From positions 132,095 to 196,094 of the forward strand of contig JBMORA010000001.1 in NCBI GenBank assembly GCA_049320885.1: a DNA stretch of 64,000 bases, read 5' to 3'. Position 1 is the first letter of the stretch. Each line of letters starts with the position of its first letter. The DNA is from Thermodesulfobacteriota bacterium. GTDB taxonomy: Bacteria; Desulfobacterota; Desulfobacteria; Desulfobacterales; SURF-7. Below, one piece after another: positions 45,837 through 55,272 of this stretch. The translations under genes and the position numbers were made by a program. The notes beneath the pieces are model-generated. The model worked only from the letters and a program-made list of their open reading frames with translations, ran no database searches and was not told where the DNA came from.

Positions 45837-46917
45837 AAAAATCATTCTCTCCCTTTTGTTCGGTGGCATTTTATCGATCATCACCCTGTATTTCGCATTC
45901 CGGAACGTGCCGTTCGCCGCACTGATCGATTATCTGGGTTCCATCAACTTCATCTGGATCATCCCCTCCGTTCTGTTTGTTTTGATCGGTTTCATGGGAC
46001 GGGCTCTGCGCTGGCAGGTTATTCTGCAATCCTCCCATCAGATTCGGTATTGGCGGGCCTTCCATCCCATGATGATCGGTTTCATGCTGAACTGCATACT
46101 GCCCGCCAGAATCGGTGAATTGGCCAGACCGGCGGTATTGCTCAAAAAAGACCATGTCCCGTATACCACCGGCCTGGCCACGGTAGCCACGGAAAGAGTC
46201 TTCGATCTGCTGATCATGATCACCCTGTTTACCATCGTATTCCTGAATGTCCGGATCGATCCGAATCTGGAAATACCCTTTGGTGCCTACAAGTTGAATA
46301 AGGATACGCTGGAAAGCATCGGCAGCGGGATGATCAAATTGTTATTGGTTCTGATCGCCGGCATTGTCATCATCAGCATCGACCGGGTGAAGACGGGCAT
46401 CATTCGGATCATATCGCGACTGCCAGACCTGTTTTTTGTTGCAGGTCCGGGCGCACAACAAATGATCTCCCGGTTCATTGCCCTGCCTCTTGTTCGGGTC
46501 GTCGAAAACGTCGCCGCCGGTTTCGTCCTGGTAAAAGATGGCAGGAGAATGCTGCTGTGCATTCTTCTGTCGTCCATCATATGGGTCATAAACGCCACCT
46601 CGTATTATCTGATGGCCCTGGGATGCCCGGACCTCGGACTTTCTCCCCTTGAAATCACGGCCGTCATGCTGATTATCTGCTTTTTCATTGCCCTGCCCTC
46701 GGTTCCGGGATTCTGGGGGTTGTGGGAAGCGGGAGGCGTGTTCGCCCTTTCGTTATTCTCCATACCAGCCAAGGACGCAGCCGGCTTTGCCCTTGCCAGC
46801 CATGCCGTGCAAATGTTCCCTGTCATCTTCATCGGCATGGTGTCGGCCCTGGTCTATGGCATCAATATCCGGGCCATACAAGTACAGCCAGTCAGTAACG
46901 GCGCAATGGATCCATAG
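45829..46917 (+). CDS. UPF0104 / lysylphosphatidylglycerol-synthase-TM-region-like membrane protein
   Basis: Polytopic protein with the RALRWQVIL and PARIGELARP motifs typical of this family. Confidence 0.65.
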   Translation: MNKKIILSLLFGGILSIITLYFAFRNVPFAALIDYLGSINFIWIIPSVLFVLIGFMGRALRWQVILQSSHQIRYWRAFHPMMIGFMLNCILPARIGELARPAVLLKKDHVPYTTGLATVATERVFDLLIMITLFTIVFLNVRIDPNLEIPFGAYKLNKDTLESIGSGMIKLLLVLIAGIVIISIDRVKTGIIRIISRLPDLFFVAGPGAQQMISRFIALPLVRVVENVAAGFVLVKDGRRMLLCILLSSIIWVINATSYYLMALGCPDLGLSPLEITAVMLIICFFIALPSVPGFWGLWEAGGVFALSLFSIPAKDAAGFALASHAVQMFPVIFIGMVSALVYGINIRAIQVQPVSNGAMDP

Positions 46918-46991
46918 CTTTTCTCCGGATATGCATTATCATACAATCGTCAGACCAATAAAATGGAAATTCATGATGAAAGGAATATGGA

Positions 46992-47504
46992 ATGGCCGTA
47001 CTTGAGATCCTAACCTATCCGGATCCATTTCTCAAAACCAGGACCCGCCCGGTCATTCAATTTGATGACAATCTCCAGGAACTTTTACGGAACATGGCCG
47101 ATACCATGTACGATGCTCCGGGAGTCGGGCTTGCCGCAACCCAGATCGGCTCGGATCAGAGCATCATCGTATTTGATCCGACCGCCGATAAGGAAAATCG
47201 TCCCTACCGGGTTCTGATCAACCCGAAAATCATTGCCGCCGAGGGGGAAATCATCTCTGAAAACGAAGGCTGTCTGAGCGTGCCGGAATTCAGGTCCGAT
47301 GTGAAACGATCCGAAAAAATGTTGGTGGAAGGCCTGGATGGCTGCGGGGCGCCTGTCAAGATCGAGGCGGAGGGTCTCCTGGCCATCATTCTGCAACATG
47401 AAATCGATCATTTGAACGGGGTCTTGTTCATCGACCGCATCAGCACGCTCAAACGGGAAATCTATAAACGCAAGGTCAGAAAGCAATTGAAAACCAGTGC
47501 CTGA
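46992..47504 (+). CDS. def: peptide deformylase
   Basis: GVGLAATQIG, EGCLSVP and HEIDHLNG motifs. Confidence 0.95.
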   Translation: MAVLEILTYPDPFLKTRTRPVIQFDDNLQELLRNMADTMYDAPGVGLAATQIGSDQSIIVFDPTADKENRPYRVLINPKIIAAEGEIISENEGCLSVPEFRSDVKRSEKMLVEGLDGCGAPVKIEAEGLLAIILQHEIDHLNGVLFIDRISTLKREIYKRKVRKQLKTSA

Positions 47505-48465
47505 TTCTTTGACCATCATATTCATGGGAACCCCGGCATTCGCCTTGCCGGCATTGACGGCGCTCCACCGGAGCCCCCACCGGATTTCCCTTGTGGTGAC
47601 CCAGCCGGACCGTCCCAAAGGGCGCGGCCGGAAACCCGTCGCCCCCCCGGTTAAAGTTGCCGCGGAACTGTACGGCTATCCGGTGGTGCAACCGGAGTCC
47701 GTCAAAACGGAAGCTTTTCTCCATCAAGTGGCGGCGCTGAAGCCGGATTTTCTCTGCGTGGTTGCCTTTGGTCAGCTGTTGCCCGAAGCTCTGTTGCGGA
47801 TACCTCGTTTTTCCGCCTTGAACATCCATCCCTCCCTTTTACCCAAATATCGCGGCCCGGCCCCGATCCAGTGGGCTATCCTGAATGAAGAACCGCAAAC
47901 CGGCGTCACCATCATGGCCCTTGACGCCGGAATGGATTCCGGGGACATACTGTTATCCGCGACCTATCCGATTCAAGCTGTCGATACGGCCGCCACCCTG
48001 CATGACCGTCTCTCGGAAATCGGGGCGAGCCTGCTCGTCGAGACCATCGACCGTTTTTCCAGGGGGACCATCAGGCCCATTCCCCAGGACTCCTCCCTTG
48101 CGACCTTGGCGCCGCTCTTACAAAAATCCGACGGGATGATCGACTGGCGCCGGCCGGCCTCACAAATCCATGCCCTCGTGCGGGCAATGGACCCGTGGCC
48201 CGGCGCCTTCACTTTCTGGCAGCAATCCCGTCTGAAAATCTTCTCCGTTCAACAGGCGGAAATGAGCGAACCGGCCGCACCCGGAACGGTCATTCGCGGT
48301 TTCGCGGAAGAACTCCGGGTAGCAACGGGAGACGGCGCCATTTCCATCCTGGAAATCCAGGGTGAATCCGGGAAACGAATGCCCGTGCAGCATTTTTTAC
48401 GCGGCAAAAACCTGCCGCCCGGAACAGTTTTTCAAATGGTTCTGTCCTCTGATGAAAAAAAATAA
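47497..48465 (+). CDS. fmt: methionyl-tRNA formyltransferase
   Basis: IIFMGTPAFALP and NIHPSLLPKYRGPAPIQ motifs; overlaps the def stop. Confidence 0.95.
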   Translation: MPDSLTIIFMGTPAFALPALTALHRSPHRISLVVTQPDRPKGRGRKPVAPPVKVAAELYGYPVVQPESVKTEAFLHQVAALKPDFLCVVAFGQLLPEALLRIPRFSALNIHPSLLPKYRGPAPIQWAILNEEPQTGVTIMALDAGMDSGDILLSATYPIQAVDTAATLHDRLSEIGASLLVETIDRFSRGTIRPIPQDSSLATLAPLLQKSDGMIDWRRPASQIHALVRAMDPWPGAFTFWQQSRLKIFSVQQAEMSEPAAPGTVIRGFAEELRVATGDGAISILEIQGESGKRMPVQHFLRGKNLPPGTVFQMVLSSDEKK

Positions 48466-49837
48466 CGCTTCCGGTCCGGACGATGCCCGCGGCATGGCCG
48501 TGATGATCCTCAACCTGCTGTCATCCTCCCGGACCACCCTCGATCAAGCCGTCGAGGAATACCTGACCCGGGACCGAATGCCGTCACACCGCGAACGCTC
48601 GCTGGCCATGGCCATTCTGTACGGTGTCATGCGGTGGCGCGCCAGGCTTGACCATATGATCCGCCATTTCTCCGCTACGCCGCTGAATAAAATCGATCCG
48701 GAGATTCTCAACATCCTGAGGATCAGTCTCTTTCAGCTGTTGTACCTAGACCGCGTTCCGACGTCCGCCGCCGTCAACACGGCGGTGGAACTGACCAAAA
48801 AATATGGCCGCCCTTATATCACGCGGTACGTGAACGGCGTCCTGAGAAATGCGGCGCGGTCTTTCCAAACGGTTCCGTTTCCTTCCATCGAGGAGGACCC
48901 GATTCAAGCCCTGGCGGCTGAGTACGCATTTCCCGCATGGCTCATGGAACGTTGGCTCCATCGATTTGGAATGGACCAAACCAGGAAGTTGTGTGAAGCC
49001 GTCAATACCATCCCCCCCATCACGATTCGGGTCAATCCATTGAAGACCTCCCGAGAAACCGTTTACGGAACCTTATCCCCCGCTGTCGAGAGCATCTCAC
49101 CGACGCCGTATTCACCGGAAGGCCTCCAGCTGTCCGGACCGTCGACCGCCATTCCGGATTTCCAGGAATTCAAGGATGGGCTCTTCCAGGTTCAGGATGA
49201 AGCCTCGCAATTGGTGGCCTATCTCCTCGCCCCCCGACCCGATGAAACAGTGCTGGACGCCTGTGCCGGCCTCGGCGGGAAAACAGCCAACATTGCCCAG
49301 ATGATGAACAACAGGGGCAGGCTGGTTGCCATGGATCTCAGCAGCGCCAAATTGAACCGTCTGGCAACGGAAATGAACCGCATGGGAATCTCCATGGTAT
49401 ATCCGGCGGCTCAGGATATACTGCTTGAATTCGGCCCGGAGGTTTTGTGCCAATATGACCGGGTTCTTCTGGATGCCCCCTGCTCCGGTTTGGGGGTCCT
49501 GCGGAGAAATCCGGATGGGAAATGGTCCGATGCCAAAAAAAAGCTGCTCCGCTTCCAGCGTAACCAGCTGGCCCTGATCAACCGTCTTGCGGCGCTGGTG
49601 AAACCCGGCGGGATCCTGGTCTATTCCGTTTGCAGTTTCGAACCGGAAGAAAATGAATTGCTGATCGAGACGTTTTTAAACCACCATCCTCAATTCTTCC
49701 TGGAAAAACCACCGGAAACGTTCCCGAATACGGCCCTTGGATTGATCGATTCCAGGGGCTTTCTGAAAACCTATCCCCACCTTCATCATACCGATGGTTT
49801 TTTCGGCGCCCGTCTGCGCAGAAAAACATCCAGTTGA
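48452..49837 (+). CDS. rsmB: 16S rRNA (cytosine967-C5)-methyltransferase
   Basis: NusB-like N-terminal domain. LDAPCSGLGVLRRNPD and VYSVCSFEPEENE catalytic motifs. ATG 48452 taken as the start. Confidence 0.9.
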   Translation: MKKNNASGPDDARGMAVMILNLLSSSRTTLDQAVEEYLTRDRMPSHRERSLAMAILYGVMRWRARLDHMIRHFSATPLNKIDPEILNILRISLFQLLYLDRVPTSAAVNTAVELTKKYGRPYITRYVNGVLRNAARSFQTVPFPSIEEDPIQALAAEYAFPAWLMERWLHRFGMDQTRKLCEAVNTIPPITIRVNPLKTSRETVYGTLSPAVESISPTPYSPEGLQLSGPSTAIPDFQEFKDGLFQVQDEASQLVAYLLAPRPDETVLDACAGLGGKTANIAQMMNNRGRLVAMDLSSAKLNRLATEMNRMGISMVYPAAQDILLEFGPEVLCQYDRVLLDAPCSGLGVLRRNPDGKWSDAKKKLLRFQRNQLALINRLAALVKPGGILVYSVCSFEPEENELLIETFLNHHPQFFLEKPPETFPNTALGLIDSRGFLKTYPHLHHTDGFFGARLRRKTSS

Positions 49838-49858
49838 TGGGGTTTCAAAAAAAGAGGA

Positions 49859-49887
49859 TTGACAGGTTCCGATTTCTCCATTAAAGT
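49859..49887 (+). promoter_or_regulatory. sigma-70-type promoter, TTGACA-17 nt-TAAAGT
   Basis: Consensus -35 at 49859-49864 and a -10-like hexamer at 49882-49887, upstream of rrf2. Confidence 0.55.
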
Positions 49888-49893
49888 TCACCT

Positions 49894-49918
49894 TTTCTTG
49901 ACCATGGTGATCAAGAAA
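49894..49918. promoter_or_regulatory. 25-bp imperfect palindrome (candidate Rrf2-type operator)
   Basis: TTTCTTGACCA-tgg-TGATCAAGAAA with one mismatch between arms. It lies between the -10 hexamer and the rrf2 start codon. Confidence 0.5.
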
Positions 49919-49933
49919 GGGGCTTGACGGACA

Positions 49934-50395
49934 ATGCTGATCACACAAAAATCACAATACGCGCTGAGAGCCTTATATGAGCTGGCCAGGCGCAGGGGTG
50001 ATGGCCCTGTCAAGATTTCCGAAATCGCCGGTGCCCAGAAGATACCTCATCGCTTTCTGGAGGTGATCCTGAGCCAGTTGCGACGCTCGGGCATGGTCGA
50101 TTCCAAACGCGGTTATCATGGTGGTTACGTTCTGAGCCGTGAACCGGAAAAAATTTCAGTCGGCGATGTCCTTCGATTTCTACAGCAAACCACCAGCCCG
50201 GAACAGTGCATTGCCTGCGAGACGAAATACAATTGCCCGTTCATGGGCGATTGTGTTTTCATGCCCATGTGGAATAAAGTGCGAATGGCCATTTTCGATA
50301 TCTACGACAAAACCACCATTCAAGAACTCCTCACAACAGACAAACGAACCAAAGTTGGATCGGGAAGAATCAGGAAAAAAACAGCCGCCAAATGA
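49934..50395 (+). CDS. Rrf2 family transcriptional regulator
   Basis: MLITQKSQYALRALYELA winged-helix N-terminus and a Cys cluster (C-x2-C-x5-C-x5-C region). Confidence 0.9.
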   Translation: MLITQKSQYALRALYELARRRGDGPVKISEIAGAQKIPHRFLEVILSQLRRSGMVDSKRGYHGGYVLSREPEKISVGDVLRFLQQTTSPEQCIACETKYNCPFMGDCVFMPMWNKVRMAIFDIYDKTTIQELLTTDKRTKVGSGRIRKKTAAK

Positions 50396-50409
50396 ATAAG
50401 GAAGTCAAC

Positions 50410-51978
50410 ATGAAGATGGGAATAGCGCTACGATGGAAGGGAATTTTTTGTATTATAGCCCTGTTGTCTATTTCAACCATCCGGGTTTCCGGAACCGAGA
50501 CCCAACAACAGGCGGATTCCGCACCCGATCCAGCCGGTATCATCTCCATCGATGGCATGAAAATTTTCGGCGATCTGGAACGACCCCCCGTTCTGTTTCA
50601 GCATGACCGGCATACAGCCGCCGTCCAAAAACAGGGAAAGGACTGCACGGTCTGTCATCTGCAACAGGAAGGCAACCTGCTGCTGCTTTTCAAACGCGCC
50701 GAAAACAGCGCCCCCAAGGCGGTGATGAATTTGTATCATGAGAACTGCATTGCCTGCCACAAGGAAACCGATGCAGCCAAACAGCCGTCAGGACCGGTGG
50801 AATGCGGCGGCTGTCATGTGGAGAAACCGACCGTTCAACCGGCTCAACAACCTGCGGGCATGGATAAATCCCTGCATTTCCGTCACAGCAAGGCCTTGGA
50901 AAACAAATGCGACAGCTGCCACCATGAGTACGACAGCGTGGCCAAAAAACTGATCTATGTCAAAGATGCGGAGGGTTCCTGCAGATTTTGCCATAAACAG
51001 GTCACCGAGGAAAACAGGATATCCATCTCGCTGGCCGCTCACAAGGCCTGTATCGGCTGCCATCTCAAAACCGCTTCCCGGCAGCAGAAAACCGGCCCCT
51101 TCACCTGTGCCGGTTGCCATAATGCGGAATCCCGGCGACTCGTTGAAAAAATCTCGCCGGTCCCGCGCATGGAACGCAAACAGCCGGATGTCGCGATGAT
51201 CAAAACCGGAAAAGAACAAGTCGAACATCGCATGAATTTTACCCCCTTCGACCATAAGGCCCATGAAAATTACAATGATACCTGCCGTGTCTGCCATCAC
51301 GCCGGGATGCAGGCCTGCAATACCTGTCATACCATGGACGGCAAAAAGGAGGGTGCGGACATTCGCCTGGAACAGGCCATGCATCGAATCAATGCCGATC
51401 CGAGTTGCATCGGTTGCCATACCCGGCAGCAGCAAAAAAGAGAATGCGCCGGCTGCCACGCCCTGATGTCCCCGGATGGCGGCAGCTCCGATGCGACCTG
51501 CGCCAAATGCCATTCCGCAATTCCCACGGCTGACCAACAATCCGTCACCCCGGAAGAAGAAAAAGCCGCTGCCGCGGCCCTTCTCGGCGCACGGACGTTC
51601 ATTACCGGATTGCCGGAAGAAAAAGACATCCCGGAAAAGGTTGTCATCAAAAGAATGTCCGACAAATATGAACCGGTGGAGCTCCCCCACCGGAAAATTG
51701 TAAAGACCCTGTTTGAAGAAATCAAGGACAACAAACTCGCCGGTTATTTCCATGCCAGACAGGAGACCATTTGTCAGGGATGCCACCATAACAGCCCGGC
51801 CTCGCTGAATCCGCCCCAATGCGTCAGCTGTCATGGGAAGCCCTTCAGCGATCCGGACGTTCTGAAGCCTGGTCTTCTGGGCGCCTACCATATTCAATGC
51901 ATGGAATGTCATAAAAAAATGGAAATTGACAAACCCGCGACTTGTACCGAATGTCATAAAAAAAAGAATACGAATTGA
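50410..51978 (+). CDS. hmcA: 16-heme high-molecular-weight cytochrome c
   Basis: I counted 16 CxxCH motifs. Signal peptide present. AAGGAAG lies 6 nt before ATG 50410. An alternative ATG at 50392 overlaps the rrf2 stop (ATGA). Confidence 0.9.
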   Translation: MKMGIALRWKGIFCIIALLSISTIRVSGTETQQQADSAPDPAGIISIDGMKIFGDLERPPVLFQHDRHTAAVQKQGKDCTVCHLQQEGNLLLLFKRAENSAPKAVMNLYHENCIACHKETDAAKQPSGPVECGGCHVEKPTVQPAQQPAGMDKSLHFRHSKALENKCDSCHHEYDSVAKKLIYVKDAEGSCRFCHKQVTEENRISISLAAHKACIGCHLKTASRQQKTGPFTCAGCHNAESRRLVEKISPVPRMERKQPDVAMIKTGKEQVEHRMNFTPFDHKAHENYNDTCRVCHHAGMQACNTCHTMDGKKEGADIRLEQAMHRINADPSCIGCHTRQQQKRECAGCHALMSPDGGSSDATCAKCHSAIPTADQQSVTPEEEKAAAAALLGARTFITGLPEEKDIPEKVVIKRMSDKYEPVELPHRKIVKTLFEEIKDNKLAGYFHARQETICQGCHHNSPASLNPPQCVSCHGKPFSDPDVLKPGLLGAYHIQCMECHKKMEIDKPATCTECHKKKNTN

Positions 51979-52039
51979 GTGCGCTTTGTCGCCATGAAAC
52001 GGACCCTGTCCATTTATGAACAACGTAGAGGTAAGATAA

Positions 52040-53158
52040 ATGGCCATATCTAGACGAAAATTTTTAGGCTGGATGGGTGCAGCAGGAATCGGTTCCACTA
52101 TCGGCAAATCCGCCGGGGCCGCCTCCACGGAACATTTCACCGGCCACCCGGACAGCTTCGGCGTATTGCATGATATCACCCGTTGCGTCGGGTGTCGCAA
52201 ATGCGAAGCAGCTTGCAATACCGTCAACCAGCTGCCGGCCCCTGCAAAACCGTTTGACGACTTGACGGTGCTGGATCACAAACGCGGCACCGCCAACGAC
52301 GCTTATACGGTTGTGAATCGATATGAGAATGCATCCAATCCCGCCGGCCTGCCGATTTTCAGAAAGATTCAATGCAACCACTGCCTGGAACCTGCCTGCG
52401 CTTCCGTATGTTTTGTCCGCGCTTTCCGGAAAACGGATAAAGGCCCGGTAGTATATGATGAATCGGTCTGCGTCGGTTGTCGGTATTGCATGGTCGCATG
52501 CCCGTTTGAAATTCCGACCTATGAATACGACCAACCGCTGACCCCGCGAGTGCTGAAATGCACCCTTTGCGCGCCTCGATTGGAACAAGGGCTGTTACCG
52601 GGTTGTGTGGAGGCCTGCCCGAAAGAAGCACTTACTTTCGGAAAACGTGATGACCTGATCCAGACCGCCAGGGAGCGCATCCGCAGATATCCGGGCAGAT
52701 ATATGGATCATATTTACGGTGAGAGCGAGATGGGAGGAACCAGCTGGCTCTATCTATCCGGGGTTCCCTTTGCATCCATCGGAATGCGGGAGGATTTGGG
52801 AATCAAGCCCGCTCCCGAACTGACCGCCGGCGCGCTCAGCATAGTCCCCATGGTGGTTGGATTATGGCCGGTTCTGTTGACCGGGGTCTATGCCATGAGC
52901 AAGCGCAAGGAAAAAATCGCCGACGAGGAAAAATCCGCCGCCGTTCTCGCGGCCATAGAGGAAACGGAAGACAACGCCCGCGCGAATCTGGCTCAGGCAT
53001 TGGAAAAAGCGAAGAAGGAAAAAGAAAAGGCCTTGGAACAGGCTGAAAAAGCCAAAGCCCAGGCCATCAAGCAAGCGTTGGAAGAAGCGGCGAAAACCCA
53101 AACCGGGAGCACTCAAGAACCTGGGTCTCAGCCGCAAGGTAAGGGGGAGGAGTCCTGA
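52040..53158 (+). CDS. hmcB: Tat-exported 4Fe-4S ferredoxin-type subunit with a C-terminal TM anchor
   Basis: [13 protein letters not shown] twin-arginine signal. Several CxxCxxCxxxCP clusters. One hydrophobic helix and a Lys/Glu-rich tail. Confidence 0.85.
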   Translation: MAISRRKFLGWMGAAGIGSTIGKSAGAASTEHFTGHPDSFGVLHDITRCVGCRKCEAACNTVNQLPAPAKPFDDLTVLDHKRGTANDAYTVVNRYENASNPAGLPIFRKIQCNHCLEPACASVCFVRAFRKTDKGPVVYDESVCVGCRYCMVACPFEIPTYEYDQPLTPRVLKCTLCAPRLEQGLLPGCVEACPKEALTFGKRDDLIQTARERIRRYPGRYMDHIYGESEMGGTSWLYLSGVPFASIGMREDLGIKPAPELTAGALSIVPMVVGLWPVLLTGVYAMSKRKEKIADEEKSAAVLAAIEETEDNARANLAQALEKAKKEKEKALEQAEKAKAQAIKQALEEAAKTQTGSTQEPGSQPQGKGEES

Positions 53159-54330
53159 TGTCCGGAGAACGTACTGCTGTCAGCAAATCCATTTTCACAC
53201 CGTTCAATCTGATTGCCGGCGTTATCGTGCTCGTCGGGCTGTTCATCACCGTGCTGCGTTTTGTGAAGGGCCTGGGAGCGACGACCAACTTGTCGAACCA
53301 TACACCCTGGGGCATATGGATCGGTTTTGACCTGCTGGTGGGCGTAGCGCTGGCAGCCGGGGGCTACGTCACATCCGCCGCCGTTTATGTGTTCGGCATG
53401 AAGCGATATCATTCAGCTGTCCGCCCGGCTGTGCTGACCGGCTTCCTCGGATACCTGTTCGTCGTCATCGCGCTGCATTATGACGTCGGCCGTCCCTGGC
53501 GTCTGCCCTACCCTTTCATCGTCGGCTGGGGCACCACATCCCTGCTGTTTGAGGTCGGTCTTTGCGTAGCCCTCTATCTCACCGTTCTTTTCCTGGAATT
53601 TACTCCCGCTCCGCTGGAATGGCTGGGATTGAAAAAGACCCGCGACCTCGCGGTGAAACTGACCATGGTGCTGACCATTTTCGGTGTGGTTCTATCAACC
53701 CTGCATCAGTCATCCCTGGGCGCGCTTTTCCTGATTGCTCCCTCCAAGCTGCACCCCCTCTGGTATTCACCTTATCTGCCGGTTTTCTTTTTTGTTTCAA
53801 GCATTATAGCCGGCCTTTCCATGGTGATGTTCGAGGGTTCGCTTTCCCATAAGGCGTTTCATCATAAAATGGATGAGACCCATCTGGCCGAAAGCGACCC
53901 CCTGGTGCTCGGATTCGGGAAAGCGGCCGCTCTCGTCCTTGCCGGATATTTCACCATCAAAATCGTGGGACTCACGGCCGGAAACCACTGGCATCTGCTG
54001 ACAACCCCCTACGGGTACTGGTTTTTACTTGAACTGATCGGATTTGTTGCGCTACCTTGTTTTCTGTACGCCATCGGCGCAAGGGAAAAGAATGTCAAAC
54101 TCATCCGTTTCACCGCCGCATGGACAGTGGCCGGCATCGTTTTAAACCGTTTGAACGTATCGGTAATCGCATTCAATTATCATCTGCCGGCGAGCGAACG
54201 GTATGTGCCCCACTGGATGGAGATCGGCATCTCGGTTTTCATGGTGACATTGCTGATCCTTTTTTTCCGTTTCATCGTAACCCGGATGCCGATTCTGTAT
54301 GAGCATCCGGATTATAAAACCGGCCATTAG
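53158..54330 (+). CDS. hmcC: NrfD/PsrC-like integral membrane subunit
   Basis: Ten-helix-type hydrophobic protein directly following hmcB (TGATG overlap). Confidence 0.85.
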   Translation: MSGERTAVSKSIFTPFNLIAGVIVLVGLFITVLRFVKGLGATTNLSNHTPWGIWIGFDLLVGVALAAGGYVTSAAVYVFGMKRYHSAVRPAVLTGFLGYLFVVIALHYDVGRPWRLPYPFIVGWGTTSLLFEVGLCVALYLTVLFLEFTPAPLEWLGLKKTRDLAVKLTMVLTIFGVVLSTLHQSSLGALFLIAPSKLHPLWYSPYLPVFFFVSSIIAGLSMVMFEGSLSHKAFHHKMDETHLAESDPLVLGFGKAAALVLAGYFTIKIVGLTAGNHWHLLTTPYGYWFLLELIGFVALPCFLYAIGAREKNVKLIRFTAAWTVAGIVLNRLNVSVIAFNYHLPASERYVPHWMEIGISVFMVTLLILFFRFIVTRMPILYEHPDYKTGH

Positions 54331-54349
54331 CAAAGGGAAGGACCGTTAA

Positions 54350-54520
54350 ATGCATCCTGTCTTTTTTACACTGCATGATTTTTTATTGCATACGGAAAGC
54401 TTGACCTATTTGGTAATGTTGCTCTCCCTGCTGAGCTTCCTCGGTTTCTGGTTTTTTCTGACCGAACGGGACGATGAGGAGCGGGAGGAAAATCAACAAA
54501 AGCATCAGGGGCATCACTAG
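54350..54520 (+). CDS. hmcD: small single-TM membrane protein (HmcD-like), absent from the ORF track
   Basis: 56 codons. GGGAAGGA lies before ATG 54350. One hydrophobic helix (LTYLVMLLSLLSFLGFWFFL) and an acidic tail. It occupies the hmcD position between hmcC and hmcE. Confidence 0.6.
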   Translation: MHPVFFTLHDFLLHTESLTYLVMLLSLLSFLGFWFFLTERDDEEREENQQKHQGHH

Positions 54521-54555
54521 TTCCGCCACCTGTTCGTGTAAGTGTAGGAGAAATT

Positions 54556-55233
54556 ATGTACGAGATCGTTACCGGACCACTGGCTTGGCTGTCATTTCTC
54601 ATTTTTTCCATCGGGATATTGGTGCGTATCGTCCTTTATATCAAAGGGCTTGACTGGAAGCTTGACCGTGTCACCTATTCCGTCAACACGGCTTACGGCA
54701 TCAAGGGGGCTGTCCGCTCCATCCTGTTCTGGATCGTGCCCTTCGGCGCGAGAAGCTGGCGCACAAAACCTCTTTTTACCGTCATGGTTTTTACGTTTCA
54801 TATCGGTTTGCTGGTCACGCCTGTTTTCCTCATCGGACATAACCTCCTGCTCCAGGAACGCTGGGGAATCACCTTATGGACCCTGAGTGAGAATACCGCC
54901 GATCTCCTTACGTTGATCGTCATTATTTCAGCTGTTTTCTTGGCCCTGCGGCGGATCGCCCTCCCCGAGGTGCGCATCCTGACCACTGCATACGATTATC
55001 TGTTGCTCCTGATAGCAGTCGCGCCATTCATAACCGGCTTTTTGGCTCACCGCCAGGTGACGGATTACCAGTTCTGGCTTATTCTTCACATCCTGAGCGG
55101 TGAAATCTGGCTGATCGCCATTCCGTTTACCAAGCTTTCTCACATCGTCATGTTCTTTTTGTCCCGAGCCCAGATCGGCATGGATTTCGGCATCAAACGG
55201 GGGGGGATGAAAGGTCGGGGGATGGTTTGGTAG
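54556..55233 (+). CDS. hmcE: NarI/DsrM-like heme b membrane subunit
   Basis: Five to six TM helices with conserved His residues, placed before the HdrD-like subunit. Confidence 0.8.
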   Translation: MYEIVTGPLAWLSFLIFSIGILVRIVLYIKGLDWKLDRVTYSVNTAYGIKGAVRSILFWIVPFGARSWRTKPLFTVMVFTFHIGLLVTPVFLIGHNLLLQERWGITLWTLSENTADLLTLIVIISAVFLALRRIALPEVRILTTAYDYLLLLIAVAPFITGFLAHRQVTDYQFWLILHILSGEIWLIAIPFTKLSHIVMFFLSRAQIGMDFGIKRGGMKGRGMVW

Positions 55234-55272
55234 GATATTGTTGGACCATTAATCTTTTCGGGAATCGACACC

